Positions 10,231 through 20,941 of a stretch of DNA of 40,508 bases are shown in pieces (the stretch's first letter is position 1; each line of letters begins with the position of its first letter). Location of the stretch: NCBI GenBank assembly GCA_051652765.1, contig JBOFUV010000134.1:1-40508 (forward strand). Reading direction: 5' to 3'. The stretch comes from Microcoleaceae cyanobacterium. Its GTDB lineage: Bacteria; Cyanobacteriota; Cyanobacteriia; Cyanobacteriales; Microcoleaceae. The position numbers and the translations under genes are program-made. The notes beneath the pieces are model-generated. The model saw only the letters and a list, made by a program, of their open reading frames with translations. It ran no database searches and was not told where the DNA came from.

Positions 10231-11124
10231 ATGCTTGAATCCACAGAACCAACTACGGAACCATCCCCAGAAAAATCTAGCGAAAATCTAGCGAATATAC
10301 CCTCTGCAACTGGAGGGAGCTTAACCCCAACCCTCACTGCCTTACAAGACTTAATTACAGTGGTTGCCCAACTGCGATCGCCCAATGGAGGATGTCCTTG
10401 GGATTTAGCGCAAACGCCCCAAACGTTAATCCCCTACGTGATTGAAGAAGCCTACGAAGTGGTTGATGCTATCAACAGTGGCGATCAAAATGCGATCGCC
10501 GAGGAGTTAGGGGATTTATTATTGCAAGTTGTGCTCCAGGCTGAAATTGCTAGTGAATCTCAACAGTTTTCGTTACAAGAGATCGCCCAAGGGATTACCG
10601 AAAAGCTGATTCGTCGTCATCCCCATGTCTTCAGTGACGCTAAGGTGGAGACGGTGGAGCAAGTTCGGGAGACTTGGGAACACATTAAAGCTCAAGAGCA
10701 GGGAAAATCGGATGCAACTCCTGGGGTTTCTGCTAAACTCAGCCGCTATGCCCGTCAACTGCCTCCCTTGATGGCGGGGATGAAAATTTCTCAGAAAGCT
10801 GCTGCCATGGGGTTCGAGTGGGAGAGCGTGGCAGGGGTTTGGGACAAGCTCCAGGAAGAAATAGCTGAGTTTGAAGAAGCCTTACAAACGGAGGACAAGG
10901 CCCACCAACAGGCAGAGCTAGGAGACATCTTGTTTGTAATCATCAATTTAGCGCGGTGGTATGACCTTGATCCAGAGGCCGCACTGCGGGAAACCAATCA
11001 CCGATTTGTCAAGCGCTTAACCCAAGTGGAGCAGGCGTGCGATCGCCCCCTCTCTGAATACTCCTTAGCAGAGTTAGAGGCATTCTGGCAGCAGGCAAAA
11101 GCGCTATTGGCCCAACAAAGTTGA
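10231..11124 (+). CDS. mazG: Nucleoside triphosphate pyrophosphohydrolase MazG (two-domain)
   Basis: GGCPWD, EEAYEV, EELGDLL, RRHPHVF and a second ELGD domain. Confidence 0.96.
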   Translation: MLESTEPTTEPSPEKSSENLANIPSATGGSLTPTLTALQDLITVVAQLRSPNGGCPWDLAQTPQTLIPYVIEEAYEVVDAINSGDQNAIAEELGDLLLQVVLQAEIASESQQFSLQEIAQGITEKLIRRHPHVFSDAKVETVEQVRETWEHIKAQEQGKSDATPGVSAKLSRYARQLPPLMAGMKISQKAAAMGFEWESVAGVWDKLQEEIAEFEEALQTEDKAHQQAELGDILFVIINLARWYDLDPEAALRETNHRFVKRLTQVEQACDRPLSEYSLAELEAFWQQAKALLAQQS

Positions 11125-11366
11125 AATTAGACCACCTGACCCTCAGATCCTGTGCTAATTTGTACATCAATCCGGAGGGACGTGTTGCTACAATAGGGCT
11201 TCTTGTCATCATCCTCAATTTTTTAATAAAAAAGTTTTTTATTAAAAAGTACGGAATTATTGATTTAGGGCAATGCCAGATGCCAGATGCCAATGGCTTT
11301 GGAAAGCCTAGTATTGACATGGCAAAGCCAGTTCTCTCTCGGTCACACTAGATACATCAGGATGCT

Positions 11367-11795
11367 ATGCTCGTTCCCCAATCTCAAACTCTTCTTTCAT
11401 CGGCCAATTGGCCCATTACTCAACTTCCTGGATTAACCCTCCAAAATCAACAACAACTTAAGACCTGCGATATTCAAACCACTGGACAATTGTTGGAGCA
11501 AGGGAGAACTCAAGCCCAAAAGATGATTCTGGCTAATCTCCTGAAGGTGAATCTACGAGATGTGAGTAAGTGGGTTGCGATGGCCGACCTTGCCCAAGTT
11601 CCGAGTATTGGCTGTGAACACTGTGGGTTACTCCTTCATTCCGGAGTCGGTTCCGTTACTCAGTTAGCCCAGATGCCTGTTCATCGCCTGCACCAACAGG
11701 TTCTGCGTCTCCACGTCGCTACTTTAAAACGACGAGATCTCTGTCCCTCCCTGAATCAAGTTTTGCAGTGGATTCAGCAAGCTAGGGGCCTTTAG
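11367..11795 (+). CDS. DUF4332 (HhH-like) protein
   Basis: WPITQLPGL, WVAMADL, LLLHSGV, QWIQQA pattern. Confidence 0.8.
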   Translation: MLVPQSQTLLSSANWPITQLPGLTLQNQQQLKTCDIQTTGQLLEQGRTQAQKMILANLLKVNLRDVSKWVAMADLAQVPSIGCEHCGLLLHSGVGSVTQLAQMPVHRLHQQVLRLHVATLKRRDLCPSLNQVLQWIQQARGL

Positions 11796-11819
11796 ATTGA
11801 CCTTGGATTTGGCTGGGAG

Positions 11820-12458
11820 CTAGGGAGTGGATTGACTTCCCTCAGCATCAGAACTCAGCACACCATTAAGAAAAATATCAGCTAACCCCTCGGCCATTTC
11901 CTGCATGTCACTAGGGCCAGCTTTTGGTTCAATCAAGGTATTGTAGCTGAATCCAGCAACAGCAAACATGCCTAGAAAGACTTGCGCCACAATCCGAGGG
12001 TTCATTTTTCGGTAAGCCCCTTTTTCAATCGCTGTTTCAAAGAAGGCTTCAGCAACATCTGTCATTTTGACAATGACTTCAGATTGAATGCGATCGCGCA
12101 GCTCTGGATGAAATTGGGCTTCAAGGAAACAGACTCGCATCATCTCTGCATTCTGGTGGAGGTTCAGCATTCGTCGTCGCATCACCTGGGCCACTGCTTT
12201 GTAGCTGCCCATTTCACTAAGTTCCGTTAATAAGTCAGTCAGAATTTCGACCCATCCTTCTGTTGCTACTTCAATCAAAATCGCTTTTTTGTTGGGAAAG
12301 TATCGAAAGACAGTACCCTCAGCAATCCCTGCTGCCTTAGCCAGATCGCGAGTCGTGGTGCCGTCATACCCCTTATGGGCAAACAACTTACGGGCAGCTT
12401 GAAGAATTCGAACTGAGGTTTCAGTTTCTAAATGAGGAGCCCGACTTAAGATTCCCAT
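11820..12458 (-). CDS. TetR/AcrR family transcriptional regulator
   Basis: N-terminal HTH TTTRDLAKAAGIAEGTVFRYFPNK. Confidence 0.95.
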   Translation of the reverse strand: MGILSRAPHLETETSVRILQAARKLFAHKGYDGTTTRDLAKAAGIAEGTVFRYFPNKKAILIEVATEGWVEILTDLLTELSEMGSYKAVAQVMRRRMLNLHQNAEMMRVCFLEAQFHPELRDRIQSEVIVKMTDVAEAFFETAIEKGAYRKMNPRIVAQVFLGMFAVAGFSYNTLIEPKAGPSDMQEMAEGLADIFLNGVLSSDAEGSQSTP

Positions 12459-12782
12459 GAGTTCCGAGTGTTAGTTGAATGTTCGCTGAGAGCAACCCTA
12501 GCAAGGCAGTAAAAATGCTGATCTCAACCGTTGTTGCCCCATTATCTATTGGTCATCAGAATAGCGTCCTAAATGACAAAACTCTTCATGTTTTCAGGAT
12601 AATCACAAACCTGCAGCAATTAGAGTATGAAACCTGTCGAAAATCTGAACAAAAACAGCTGTATGGGATGACAAAAAGTAAGTTTTTGAGAAGATGTTAA
12701 CAAACCCTGGATCAACCTAGGTCTTAAACCCTCATCCCTGGTAAAACTCTCCTCCGAATGTGGGGAGTTTTGCCTCCGCTTC

Positions 12783-12788
12783 TATAAT
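12783..12788 (+). promoter_or_regulatory. -10 element for NAD kinase
   Basis: Exact TATAAT about 30 nt upstream of probable GTG start 12817. Confidence 0.5.
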
Positions 12789-12816
12789 AGCGGTTAGCAA
12801 ATTAGTGGGAAAAGCA

Positions 12817-13737
12817 GTGGACATCAAGCAGGTCATTATTGCTCATAAAGCCAGAGATCGGCAGAGCAAACACTGGGCAGAGGAATATTCCAAGTATTTT
12901 GAGCAACGGGGGTGTCAGGTGCTCATGGGGCCAAGCGGCCCAAAAGACAACCCTTACCCGGTGTTCCTGGCATCCAGTAGCGTCTCCATTGACTTAGCTG
13001 TTGTGTTAGGGGGAGATGGGACAGCCTTGGCTGCAGCTCGACATCTTGCCCCCGAGGGAATTCCGATTCTGGCTGCGAATATTGGCGGACACTTAGGATT
13101 TCTCTCGGAGTCTTTTGAAGAGGTTGAGAATACGAAGGCTGTGATTGATCGCTTGTTTGAGGATCGCTATGCAATTCAACAACGGATGATGGTGCAAGCA
13201 GCCGTGTTTGAGGGCAACCGCACGAACCTTGAGCCTGCCAGCGATCGCTTCCTCGCTCTCAACGAAATGTGTGTGAAGCCTGCTTCGGCCTATCGAATGC
13301 CAACTTCGATCCTAGAGATGGAAGTGGATGGCGAAGTCGTTGATCAGTACCAGGGGGATGGGTTGATTGTGGGAACACCAACGGGATCAACCTGTTATAA
13401 TGCTTCTGCCAATGGCCCCATTGTTCATCCCGGCATGGCAGCCTTAGTGGTTACCCCTATTTGTCCCCTAAGTTTGTCGAGTCGCCCCATTGTCTTGCCA
13501 CCGGGTTCCGTTGTCAGCGTTTGGCCCCTCGCTGATCCCGAACATGAGACGAAGCTTTGGATGGATGGTGTTTTGGCAACCTCGGTTTGGCCGGGACAGA
13601 GAGTCGATGTCAGGATGGCGGACTGTCAGGCTAGATTTATTATTTTGCGGGAGAATTATTCATTCTATCAGACAATCCAGGAAAAATTACAGTGGGCTGG
13701 GGCTCGGATTCGATATGATAATAACCATCGAAATTAG
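12817..13737 (+). CDS. ppnK: NAD(+) kinase
   Basis: GGDGT, GHLGFL, LNE, DGLIVGTPTGSTCY motifs; probable start GTG 12817. Confidence 0.95.
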   Translation: MDIKQVIIAHKARDRQSKHWAEEYSKYFEQRGCQVLMGPSGPKDNPYPVFLASSSVSIDLAVVLGGDGTALAAARHLAPEGIPILAANIGGHLGFLSESFEEVENTKAVIDRLFEDRYAIQQRMMVQAAVFEGNRTNLEPASDRFLALNEMCVKPASAYRMPTSILEMEVDGEVVDQYQGDGLIVGTPTGSTCYNASANGPIVHPGMAALVVTPICPLSLSSRPIVLPPGSVVSVWPLADPEHETKLWMDGVLATSVWPGQRVDVRMADCQARFIILRENYSFYQTIQEKLQWAGARIRYDNNHRN

Positions 13738-13888
13738 CTGTCATATCGCGATCTCAAATGGTTTGTAGAAGTTTGTAGTGCAGGCTTTAGCCTGCTCAGG
13801 TAAGATGCCAAACTAACGTTCACGATTCTCTTTCTTGGGACTTTGTCTCCGAAACCATTGTGATCTTTTGAAGCAAGATCACCTTGCC

Positions 13889-15541
13889 TTACTTGGGTTG
13901 GGGTTTTAACTCTAGAAACATTTCAACTTCAGCTTGGGTCTGTGTCGGACGAGTCGCACTGAGTCCTATCCCCTGAATGGCATTGAGCAGGGTGAGGGCA
14001 TCCGGTTGTAACGCCGTTGCTGGGGCTGCCAAGAGATATCCTGTTGCCCAAGCGAGTAAGTGTTCCATATCGATGTAAATGTAGCTGTAATCAGGATGTG
14101 GCAGGGATTGGCGAATCGTTTGAAAGCGAGGGTTGTCCTGCAAGAGCCGTTGAGGGGGAGTGGTCATGGCTTCTACAACGGGGCCACCAAAGGCAAGGAA
14201 TACCAGGTTTTCATCTAACCAACCGTGACCAAACAGAGTTCCTTGTCGGGGATCTTTCCATTCTGTAACCTCAACGCCTCTCAAGGTTCGCTGCTCTACA
14301 TTGACCGGGGGATTACTCTGGGCAATGATCGTATCTAGTTTGGCAAACATGGCTTCTGCCTGAGGGCGATCGCTGGTTTCTAATACCAAGACTCCCCCCA
14401 AACCCAAAGGAGCCAGAATCCCCTCTTCAGAGGGCACAGCACCAAGGGCAAACTCCCCATCCATCCACCCAAACACGTCTTGATCGGCATCCAGATTAAT
14501 CGTTTGTAACGCCTGTCGAACTTGGTCTACCCAACGCTGAGGTTGAGAATCTTCCGGGGCCCAAGTGGAAATCTGCGACCAGATCTGGTTTACTCCTTGA
14601 GTATTCATCAAGGCAATCGTCTCTGTCGGCAGCCGATCTAGAATTTTGCCCAGTTCAACGGTGCTCACTTCAGGCTGGTTCTGAGTTGACTGGGCGGGAG
14701 CCAAACGAGTGACTAGCTTGAGTCGCATTCCTTCTGAATCCACTCCAACCCCAAACACCACAGATCGTACAGGCTTGAACTGAGCGAGAATCCGGACTGA
14801 GGGTTGGGCAGATTTCTGAGCATCTTTAGCCATTACCTGAATGAACTGAGGATAGTTGGCAATGTAAACCGTAGCCAACGGGTTTGGAACACCCGCACTG
14901 TCTAGAAATTGTTCAGACATTTCCCTTGGAGTTGCCAGGGATATTCCAGACTGAACGCTATCAATGACTTGTGTGATCGCCTGACGATGAGCGCCAACAA
15001 CGATGTGATCCCTGAGCATTGTCAGATAGTATTGCTTACCATCGGGTTCCTGGTACTGGGTGATCTTAACGCCCTGATATTGACTCTCTTGCCGTTTCAA
15101 GTCTGTCTGGCGATTCAAACTCCGGGCAAAACCCCAAGCTTTCAGCCGATCTTTGATCCCGATCACCATGACCAGGTTGGGTTGAGCGGTAGTAGTTTTT
15201 GCGGGGAGAACCGCCACTAAAATTCCTCCTATCCAAGGTCTGAGATCCCGATCATAGCTGAGGGTTGTTCCTGCTAAACCCTGCTCTATCAGAGGAGTGA
15301 GGGCTTGGCCCAGTAAAGCGCGGGACTCTGGCGTACTAAAGTCTTCCAGATAGCCCAAGGCCGTTGGATGAGGCGCAATGAACGTAGCAGCGATCGCCTC
15401 CTGGGGAACCAACTGAGCACTATTGGATAAACTGTAAGCTCGCACCCTAACCTGTTGCCAGTAGGTAAAAACGACCAGACTGCTCAACCCAGCGATCGCA
15501 ACAGCAACAATCAAGCCTCCTGACCAGTATTTGCGCGGCAT
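13889..15541 (-). CDS. DUF3352 domain protein
   Basis: N-terminal TM, AQLVPQEA, YDRDLRPWIG, DVFGWMDGEFAL patterns. Confidence 0.8.
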   Translation of the reverse strand: MPRKYWSGGLIVAVAIAGLSSLVVFTYWQQVRVRAYSLSNSAQLVPQEAIAATFIAPHPTALGYLEDFSTPESRALLGQALTPLIEQGLAGTTLSYDRDLRPWIGGILVAVLPAKTTTAQPNLVMVIGIKDRLKAWGFARSLNRQTDLKRQESQYQGVKITQYQEPDGKQYYLTMLRDHIVVGAHRQAITQVIDSVQSGISLATPREMSEQFLDSAGVPNPLATVYIANYPQFIQVMAKDAQKSAQPSVRILAQFKPVRSVVFGVGVDSEGMRLKLVTRLAPAQSTQNQPEVSTVELGKILDRLPTETIALMNTQGVNQIWSQISTWAPEDSQPQRWVDQVRQALQTINLDADQDVFGWMDGEFALGAVPSEEGILAPLGLGGVLVLETSDRPQAEAMFAKLDTIIAQSNPPVNVEQRTLRGVEVTEWKDPRQGTLFGHGWLDENLVFLAFGGPVVEAMTTPPQRLLQDNPRFQTIRQSLPHPDYSYIYIDMEHLLAWATGYLLAAPATALQPDALTLLNAIQGIGLSATRPTQTQAEVEMFLELKPQPK

Positions 15542-15743
15542 TATTTCTTATGACTTCCGAGTCAGAACTAACGAGTAAGAACTAAAGGAATCGGGATGAC
15601 TCTCCTCTAGTGTACTGATTCCCCAAAGAAGCTGAATCCCTTGCAGAATCCATCGGGTTCGTTGTGATCAGGAGGGACGTATCTGGCTTAATTGGCCCTC
15701 ATTTGCCACTCCCTTTTGCTACTCCTTACTTTCTACTCCCCAC

Positions 15744-15774
15744 TTTATCGGAATTTTATCGGAATTTTATCGGA
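15744..15774. repeat. 11-bp tandem repeat (TTTATCGGAAT) x ~3
   Basis: Seen directly. Confidence 0.8.
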
Positions 15775-15891
15775 GGTCTATTCTTCGCCAGGAATGAAGG
15801 CGCGTTGCCCCTGCTTGAAGACTTTATCCTAAACCCTCCCTGATTTTTTCATAACTGATTTAGGATTGCTATAGTGTATCAAAGTTGCATC

Positions 15892-16818
15892 ATGAAAGTC
15901 GCAATTACCGGAGCAACTGGATTTGTTGGGAGTCGTCTTGTTGAAAGACTGCACTTAGAAGGGCATCAAGTGCTGGTTCTCACTCGTAACCCAGAACGAG
16001 CACAGCGAACTTTTCCGAGTTCCGTGTATCCCAACTTACAAGTTATTGGCTACAGTCCAACCCAGTCAGGGGAGTGGCAACAGGCGATCGCCGGATCTGC
16101 AGGAGTGGTCAATCTGGCCGGAGCTTCGATTGCAGATGAACGCTGGACACCCCAACGCAAACAGGAGATTCTAGACAGTCGGGCTCAAACAACAGAAAAG
16201 TTGGTGGAAGCAATCATTCAGGCAAATCCTCGACCCGGCGTATTGGTTAATGCCTCGGCCATTGGTTACTATGGCACAAGCGAAACCGCTACGTTTGATG
16301 AAACGAGTCGTTCGGGGGAAGACTTTCTGGCTCAGGTTTGTCAGGACTGGGAAGCCTCAGCAGAGCAGGTCAGGCCGAGTGGAACGCGACTGGTTATCCT
16401 GCGTTTTGGGATTGTATTAGGCATGGGGGGGGCTTTAGGCAAAATGTTAACTCCCTTTCGGCTGTTTGCTGGCGGGCCATTGGGAACGGGCCGACAGTGG
16501 TTCTCTTGGATTCATTGGGATGATGTGGTTAATTTGATTCTCTTTAGCCTGCAACATCCAGAAGTAGAAGGGGTACTAAACGCGACTGCCCCTAATCCTG
16601 TGCGAATGTCCGAGTTTTGCCACACATTGGGCGAGGTGATGAATCGTCCCTCTTGGCTGCCTGTTCCTAGCTTTGCCCTAGAAGCCCTATTGGGAGATGC
16701 AGCCCAGCTTGTTCTAGAGGGTCAACAAGTACTACCCAAACGGACTCTAGCCTATCAGTTTAATTATCAATATCCTAAACTGGAACAAGCGTTGAGGGAA
16801 ATTTTGCCCGAAAGCTAG
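15892..16818 (+). CDS. TIGR01777-family epimerase-like oxidoreductase (ThyD-like)
   Basis: TGATGFVG, VVNLAG, NASAIGYYG, GRQWFSWIH, NATAPNPV. Confidence 0.92.
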   Translation: MKVAITGATGFVGSRLVERLHLEGHQVLVLTRNPERAQRTFPSSVYPNLQVIGYSPTQSGEWQQAIAGSAGVVNLAGASIADERWTPQRKQEILDSRAQTTEKLVEAIIQANPRPGVLVNASAIGYYGTSETATFDETSRSGEDFLAQVCQDWEASAEQVRPSGTRLVILRFGIVLGMGGALGKMLTPFRLFAGGPLGTGRQWFSWIHWDDVVNLILFSLQHPEVEGVLNATAPNPVRMSEFCHTLGEVMNRPSWLPVPSFALEALLGDAAQLVLEGQQVLPKRTLAYQFNYQYPKLEQALREILPES

Positions 16819-16963
16819 GCTGAATTCCCTGCTAAAATTGCTAGGCAAGATGAGTTGAAGTCAAGCTTAACTTGCAGTTGTCAAGGACTAAAACGTTCAA
16901 CCATTGTGGCCAGATCCTAACAACTCTATAACCTCAGAGGGCTGACCCATTTCCTGATTTCCT

Positions 16964-18364
16964 ATGATTGCCTCTAACTCCCAGGACACCGATCTTGAGC
17001 GTGCTCGTACCAGCTTGCGTCGATCCTTAAACCGTTATTCTCAGTGGCAACGGCAGCGACGAACCAATAATTCGGAGATGCGGGCCACCCTTAAAACTCA
17101 ACTGGATGTCATTTCAGCCAACCTTGAAAAACTAGATCAAAATTTAGTGCGAATTGCTACGTTTGGTTTAGTCAGTCGGGGAAAATCTGCAGTCTTAAAT
17201 GCCTTACTGGGGCAAAAATTGTTACAAACGGGGCCATTACATGGAGTCACCCAATGGCCTCGATTTGTGCGCTGGGAGATGAACCCAGAGGCTTGGAGTG
17301 CAGGGGACAATTTTCAAATGGAATTAATTGATACTCCAGGCTTGGACGAAGTTGGGGGCGAGGTACGGGGAGAAATGGCCCGGGAAATTACCCGTCAAGC
17401 TGACCTAATTTTGTTTGTAATCTCTGGGGACTTAACGCGAACAGAATACGATGCCCTTGGCGAACTTCGCAAAGCCCAGAAACCCCTAATCTTAGTGTTC
17501 AACAAAGTTGATCTGTTTACTCCATTTGAACAGCAGAGAATCTATCAGAGCTTACAAACGCTGGTCATGGGAGAAGAACCAGAGGATTGGGAGCTAGAAC
17601 CTTACAATGAGCAATTTGCGTTCAGCTCTACAGCCGCCTCAAACCGACCTTGGGATATTGTCAAGGTTGCTGCCGATCCTGCTCCTGTCCAAGTCCGAAC
17701 TGAATGGCCTGATGGTCGTGTGACTCAAGAGTTAGAAAAACCCCCCGCTCAAGTAGAGGAATTGAAGCAAGCGATTGTCAAACTTCTGAACCAAGACGGA
17801 CAGTCTCTCTTAGCCTTGAATGCTTTAGTCCAAGCCCGCGATGCCGAAAAGGCGATCGCCCGTAAAAGTATCTTCCTGCTTCAGGCCGAATCAGAGGATT
17901 TGATCTGGACATTTACCAAGTACAAAGCTCTGGGAGTTGCCTTGAACCCAATTGCAGTGCTCGACGTAGTGGGAGCCTCTGTAACAGACTTGATGATGAT
18001 CCGGGCCTTAGCGCGCTTGTATGGTTTACCGATGACCAGCTTTGAAGCAGGCAAACTGTTGCAGAAAATTCTCTTCAGTTCTGGGGGGTTAATCCTAGCA
18101 GAAATGGGCAGTGGCGCACTCATGGGACTGGGCAAAACGGCGGCAGGACTGGCAGCAAATGTGACTACCTATGCCGGAGTGGCAATTACTCAAGCTTCAA
18201 TTGCTGCCTATGGAACCTATACTGTCGGCCGAACGGCCCAAGTGTATCTAGAACAGGGCTGCACTTGGGGAGAATTAGGGATTGATACCGTTATTCAAGA
18301 AGTGATAGGTCACTTGGATCGAGACACATTGGTCTATCAATTGCAACAAGAATTTCAGCGCTAG
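16964..18364 (+). CDS. GTP-binding protein with DUF697 C-terminal domain
   Basis: GLVSRGKS (G1), DTPG (G3), NKVD (G4); NPIAVLD...YLEQGCTWG C-terminus. Confidence 0.9.
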   Translation: MIASNSQDTDLERARTSLRRSLNRYSQWQRQRRTNNSEMRATLKTQLDVISANLEKLDQNLVRIATFGLVSRGKSAVLNALLGQKLLQTGPLHGVTQWPRFVRWEMNPEAWSAGDNFQMELIDTPGLDEVGGEVRGEMAREITRQADLILFVISGDLTRTEYDALGELRKAQKPLILVFNKVDLFTPFEQQRIYQSLQTLVMGEEPEDWELEPYNEQFAFSSTAASNRPWDIVKVAADPAPVQVRTEWPDGRVTQELEKPPAQVEELKQAIVKLLNQDGQSLLALNALVQARDAEKAIARKSIFLLQAESEDLIWTFTKYKALGVALNPIAVLDVVGASVTDLMMIRALARLYGLPMTSFEAGKLLQKILFSSGGLILAEMGSGALMGLGKTAAGLAANVTTYAGVAITQASIAAYGTYTVGRTAQVYLEQGCTWGELGIDTVIQEVIGHLDRDTLVYQLQQEFQR

Positions 18365-18380
18365 TCAAAAAAGTGTAATT

Positions 18381-20825
18381 TTAAACCTTCTCTATCACGC
18401 GATATACGAAATTAAAAGTTGCCCAAGCATTGATATCCAAAGCAATATCATCCGTTGAAACCCCTGCTCGCTCTACTCCCGGTTGACTGGCACGGTTAAG
18501 ATCTTGCAAAACCGCTTCAGTAACTGCTAGCGGATTAGATAGAGGTAAGACCTTCAGCATTCCTCCATCTTTTTTGGTTTCAGGGGCGATCGCCTGCAAG
18601 GTGCGAGTAAATGGGGCGTGACTGAGTACGACATAGGTTTCTGCCAAACCTTCTGGCCCTTGGACGATTTCTCCAGGGATTCCGGCAGAACCAGATCCTG
18701 CATAGGCACTGGCCGTTGGCAAACTTAGGGTTTTCCCCGGAGCAACCTGTTGTTGAGCGGGTTGAGCCTCAAGATTTTCTGTTTTGATTGCATCTGTTTT
18801 GATTGCAGGAGTTAAGGTTGGGTCTAATAAGTAGGCCCGTCCTCGGCTATCCAGTTGGAACAAGATAAAGAAGAGGGGCAATGACCCATTATTTTGAATT
18901 TGATACTGAATGCGACTCCCAACCGGTGTTGTCACTATTCCTTGCGAGGTAGAACTTTGGAATGGGCTGACAAGGGCCTGAGTTTCTGGCTTCTCCAGCT
19001 TTTCATTCTTCGATTTAGGGAGTTGCTCGGTCTCCTGAGGCTGCTGATCTTTCGTTTCCTCTATCAGGTCTAAGGGTTGACTGTTAGCCCGATCTTGAGG
19101 AGTCTCTTGTTGCATGAGAACGCGGGATTGAGGGGCTAACAAGGCAAAAGTAACCCTGGTTTTAAGAACCAGAGATCGCTCATTGACCGTCAGATGTAGG
19201 AGCTTCACCGCTAAACGGATTTTCAACTGAGGAGTCAAACGTTGTACAGCCACCTTCACGGTTTCCCCCCTTTCTCCTAGGGTTTCCGGGATCAGGACTT
19301 GACCCAAGGAGAATAGTCCATATCGTCCTGGAGACAGTGCAGGCAATGGAGCATTGGGACTTTGGGCAATAGCTGTGTCCTGAACCCGACCCAGTAGATA
19401 TTCAGCCGGTTGCTCACCAGACACAACGGTCACCTGAGTAATCCCTGAAAAGGCACTCGTTGCATCAACTCGCTCAATCCTGGCCAGATCTGGATCTAAA
19501 CCTACTTTTAAACTGACCTGTCGAGGGAGTACCCGAATTGCCTCTTGAACTAGCTGTCCCTTGTGCAGCAGTGGAGTTAAGTTGTCTGTTCCCAGGGTTC
19601 GAAGGGTTGCCTTGGCAACTAGGCCCGTTTGAGAGCGAACCAATAACTGGGGCTGGACAGGGTTTTGCCTAGGCTGATTGTTCGGCCCCGGGTGATTCGG
19701 CAAGACCGCCAACACCGAATTGATCCCATAGCCATCCAGAAATGGGGGGGACAAACCTGCTAGCCAGACTTTAGCTGTTTTGTTGCCATTGTCCACAGAC
19801 TGAACAATCCCATCGGCAACCGGAACTGTTTTCAGGATTTGGCCTAGGGCAGACTCTATCTTTTGCAGAGAGTCGTGCTGGTAATAGAGTTGAGGCTGTT
19901 GAGCAGTTCCCATCAACTGTTCAACCTGAGCGGCGGCTTGGCGCATTGGAGTTGTTAAAGTAATCGACGGAGTCGCTGACCATAACGCTTGAGTCAAGCT
20001 GTAGGTAAAGAGTCCGGCACTAAATCCCTCTCGGGTGATTTCGGCAGCAATTTGGGACGGTTTAGCTGCGGTGAACAAGAGAGAGGCACTCTGGGGAATT
20101 CCTGGATCTTCAAGCTGATTCAGGAAAAGATTGGCTTGACTCAACAGATGTTCCTGGAATGCGAGTTCTTTTGGATCGGGTTGAAAGCCGGTTGAGTGGG
20201 CTGATGAGCGAATCCTTAAAGTCCCTGGATGAGAAAAACTGGGGTAAGTATAACTGGTATCTAATACTGTAATTACCCATGGCGTTCGCAGCGATCGCAG
20301 CAGCAGCCACAATGTATCTTCCAAAATGCCATTCACAAGATTGTCTTCTGAGGCGAGGAAGTGTCCGTCAGCCGGAACCAAGGCATTTTGAGTGGGAGGA
20401 ACACCCACCACAGACGAGTCATGAGGACGCAGGACGCAACATCCGTATCCACTGAAGTGAAACACCACTATATCTTCCGCTTGGGCTTGTTCCGTGAGAT
20501 GGGTAATAAACGCTGTCTCAATGTTCTCCCGAGTGGCCTGGGTATCCGTCAGGGTTAGAATATCTGCAGATTGAAACCCGAAGCGAGCCTGCAGTAATTC
20601 CCGTTGTAGCTCAACATCTGTGATACAGCCGCGCAAAGGCTCGAAACAGTCCTTGCCTGCAGGGTATTGATTAATCCCCACCAAAAGCGCCAGTTTTCGC
20701 TGCGTAGGTTGAGCTAACACCTGAGCATAGCGATCGCCCAACTGCCACCATCCCACTTCACTAACGCCCAACGCCCCTAGCCACAGGCCAGTTCGTTGTA
20801 AAAAACTTCGCCGTGTTAGTCTCAT
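18381..20825 (-). CDS. Caspase-family (orthocaspase) protein with substituted catalytic dyad, Tat-like signal, DUF4384-like C-terminus
   Basis: TRRSFL, KLALLVGINQY, LRGCITDV, HFSGYG, LDTSY. Confidence 0.88.
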   Translation of the reverse strand: MRLTRRSFLQRTGLWLGALGVSEVGWWQLGDRYAQVLAQPTQRKLALLVGINQYPAGKDCFEPLRGCITDVELQRELLQARFGFQSADILTLTDTQATRENIETAFITHLTEQAQAEDIVVFHFSGYGCCVLRPHDSSVVGVPPTQNALVPADGHFLASEDNLVNGILEDTLWLLLRSLRTPWVITVLDTSYTYPSFSHPGTLRIRSSAHSTGFQPDPKELAFQEHLLSQANLFLNQLEDPGIPQSASLLFTAAKPSQIAAEITREGFSAGLFTYSLTQALWSATPSITLTTPMRQAAAQVEQLMGTAQQPQLYYQHDSLQKIESALGQILKTVPVADGIVQSVDNGNKTAKVWLAGLSPPFLDGYGINSVLAVLPNHPGPNNQPRQNPVQPQLLVRSQTGLVAKATLRTLGTDNLTPLLHKGQLVQEAIRVLPRQVSLKVGLDPDLARIERVDATSAFSGITQVTVVSGEQPAEYLLGRVQDTAIAQSPNAPLPALSPGRYGLFSLGQVLIPETLGERGETVKVAVQRLTPQLKIRLAVKLLHLTVNERSLVLKTRVTFALLAPQSRVLMQQETPQDRANSQPLDLIEETKDQQPQETEQLPKSKNEKLEKPETQALVSPFQSSTSQGIVTTPVGSRIQYQIQNNGSLPLFFILFQLDSRGRAYLLDPTLTPAIKTDAIKTENLEAQPAQQQVAPGKTLSLPTASAYAGSGSAGIPGEIVQGPEGLAETYVVLSHAPFTRTLQAIAPETKKDGGMLKVLPLSNPLAVTEAVLQDLNRASQPGVERAGVSTDDIALDINAWATFNFVYRVIEKV

Positions 20826-20941
20826 GCCCTGTCCCTGACACACCTTATAGATTCAGAAAAGATGCACCCCAACATCTGGTTCAGTTGTACAACAAATTCA
20901 GGGAACTTAGAGCAGATTAGTTCCCAATTCTATAACTAGGA

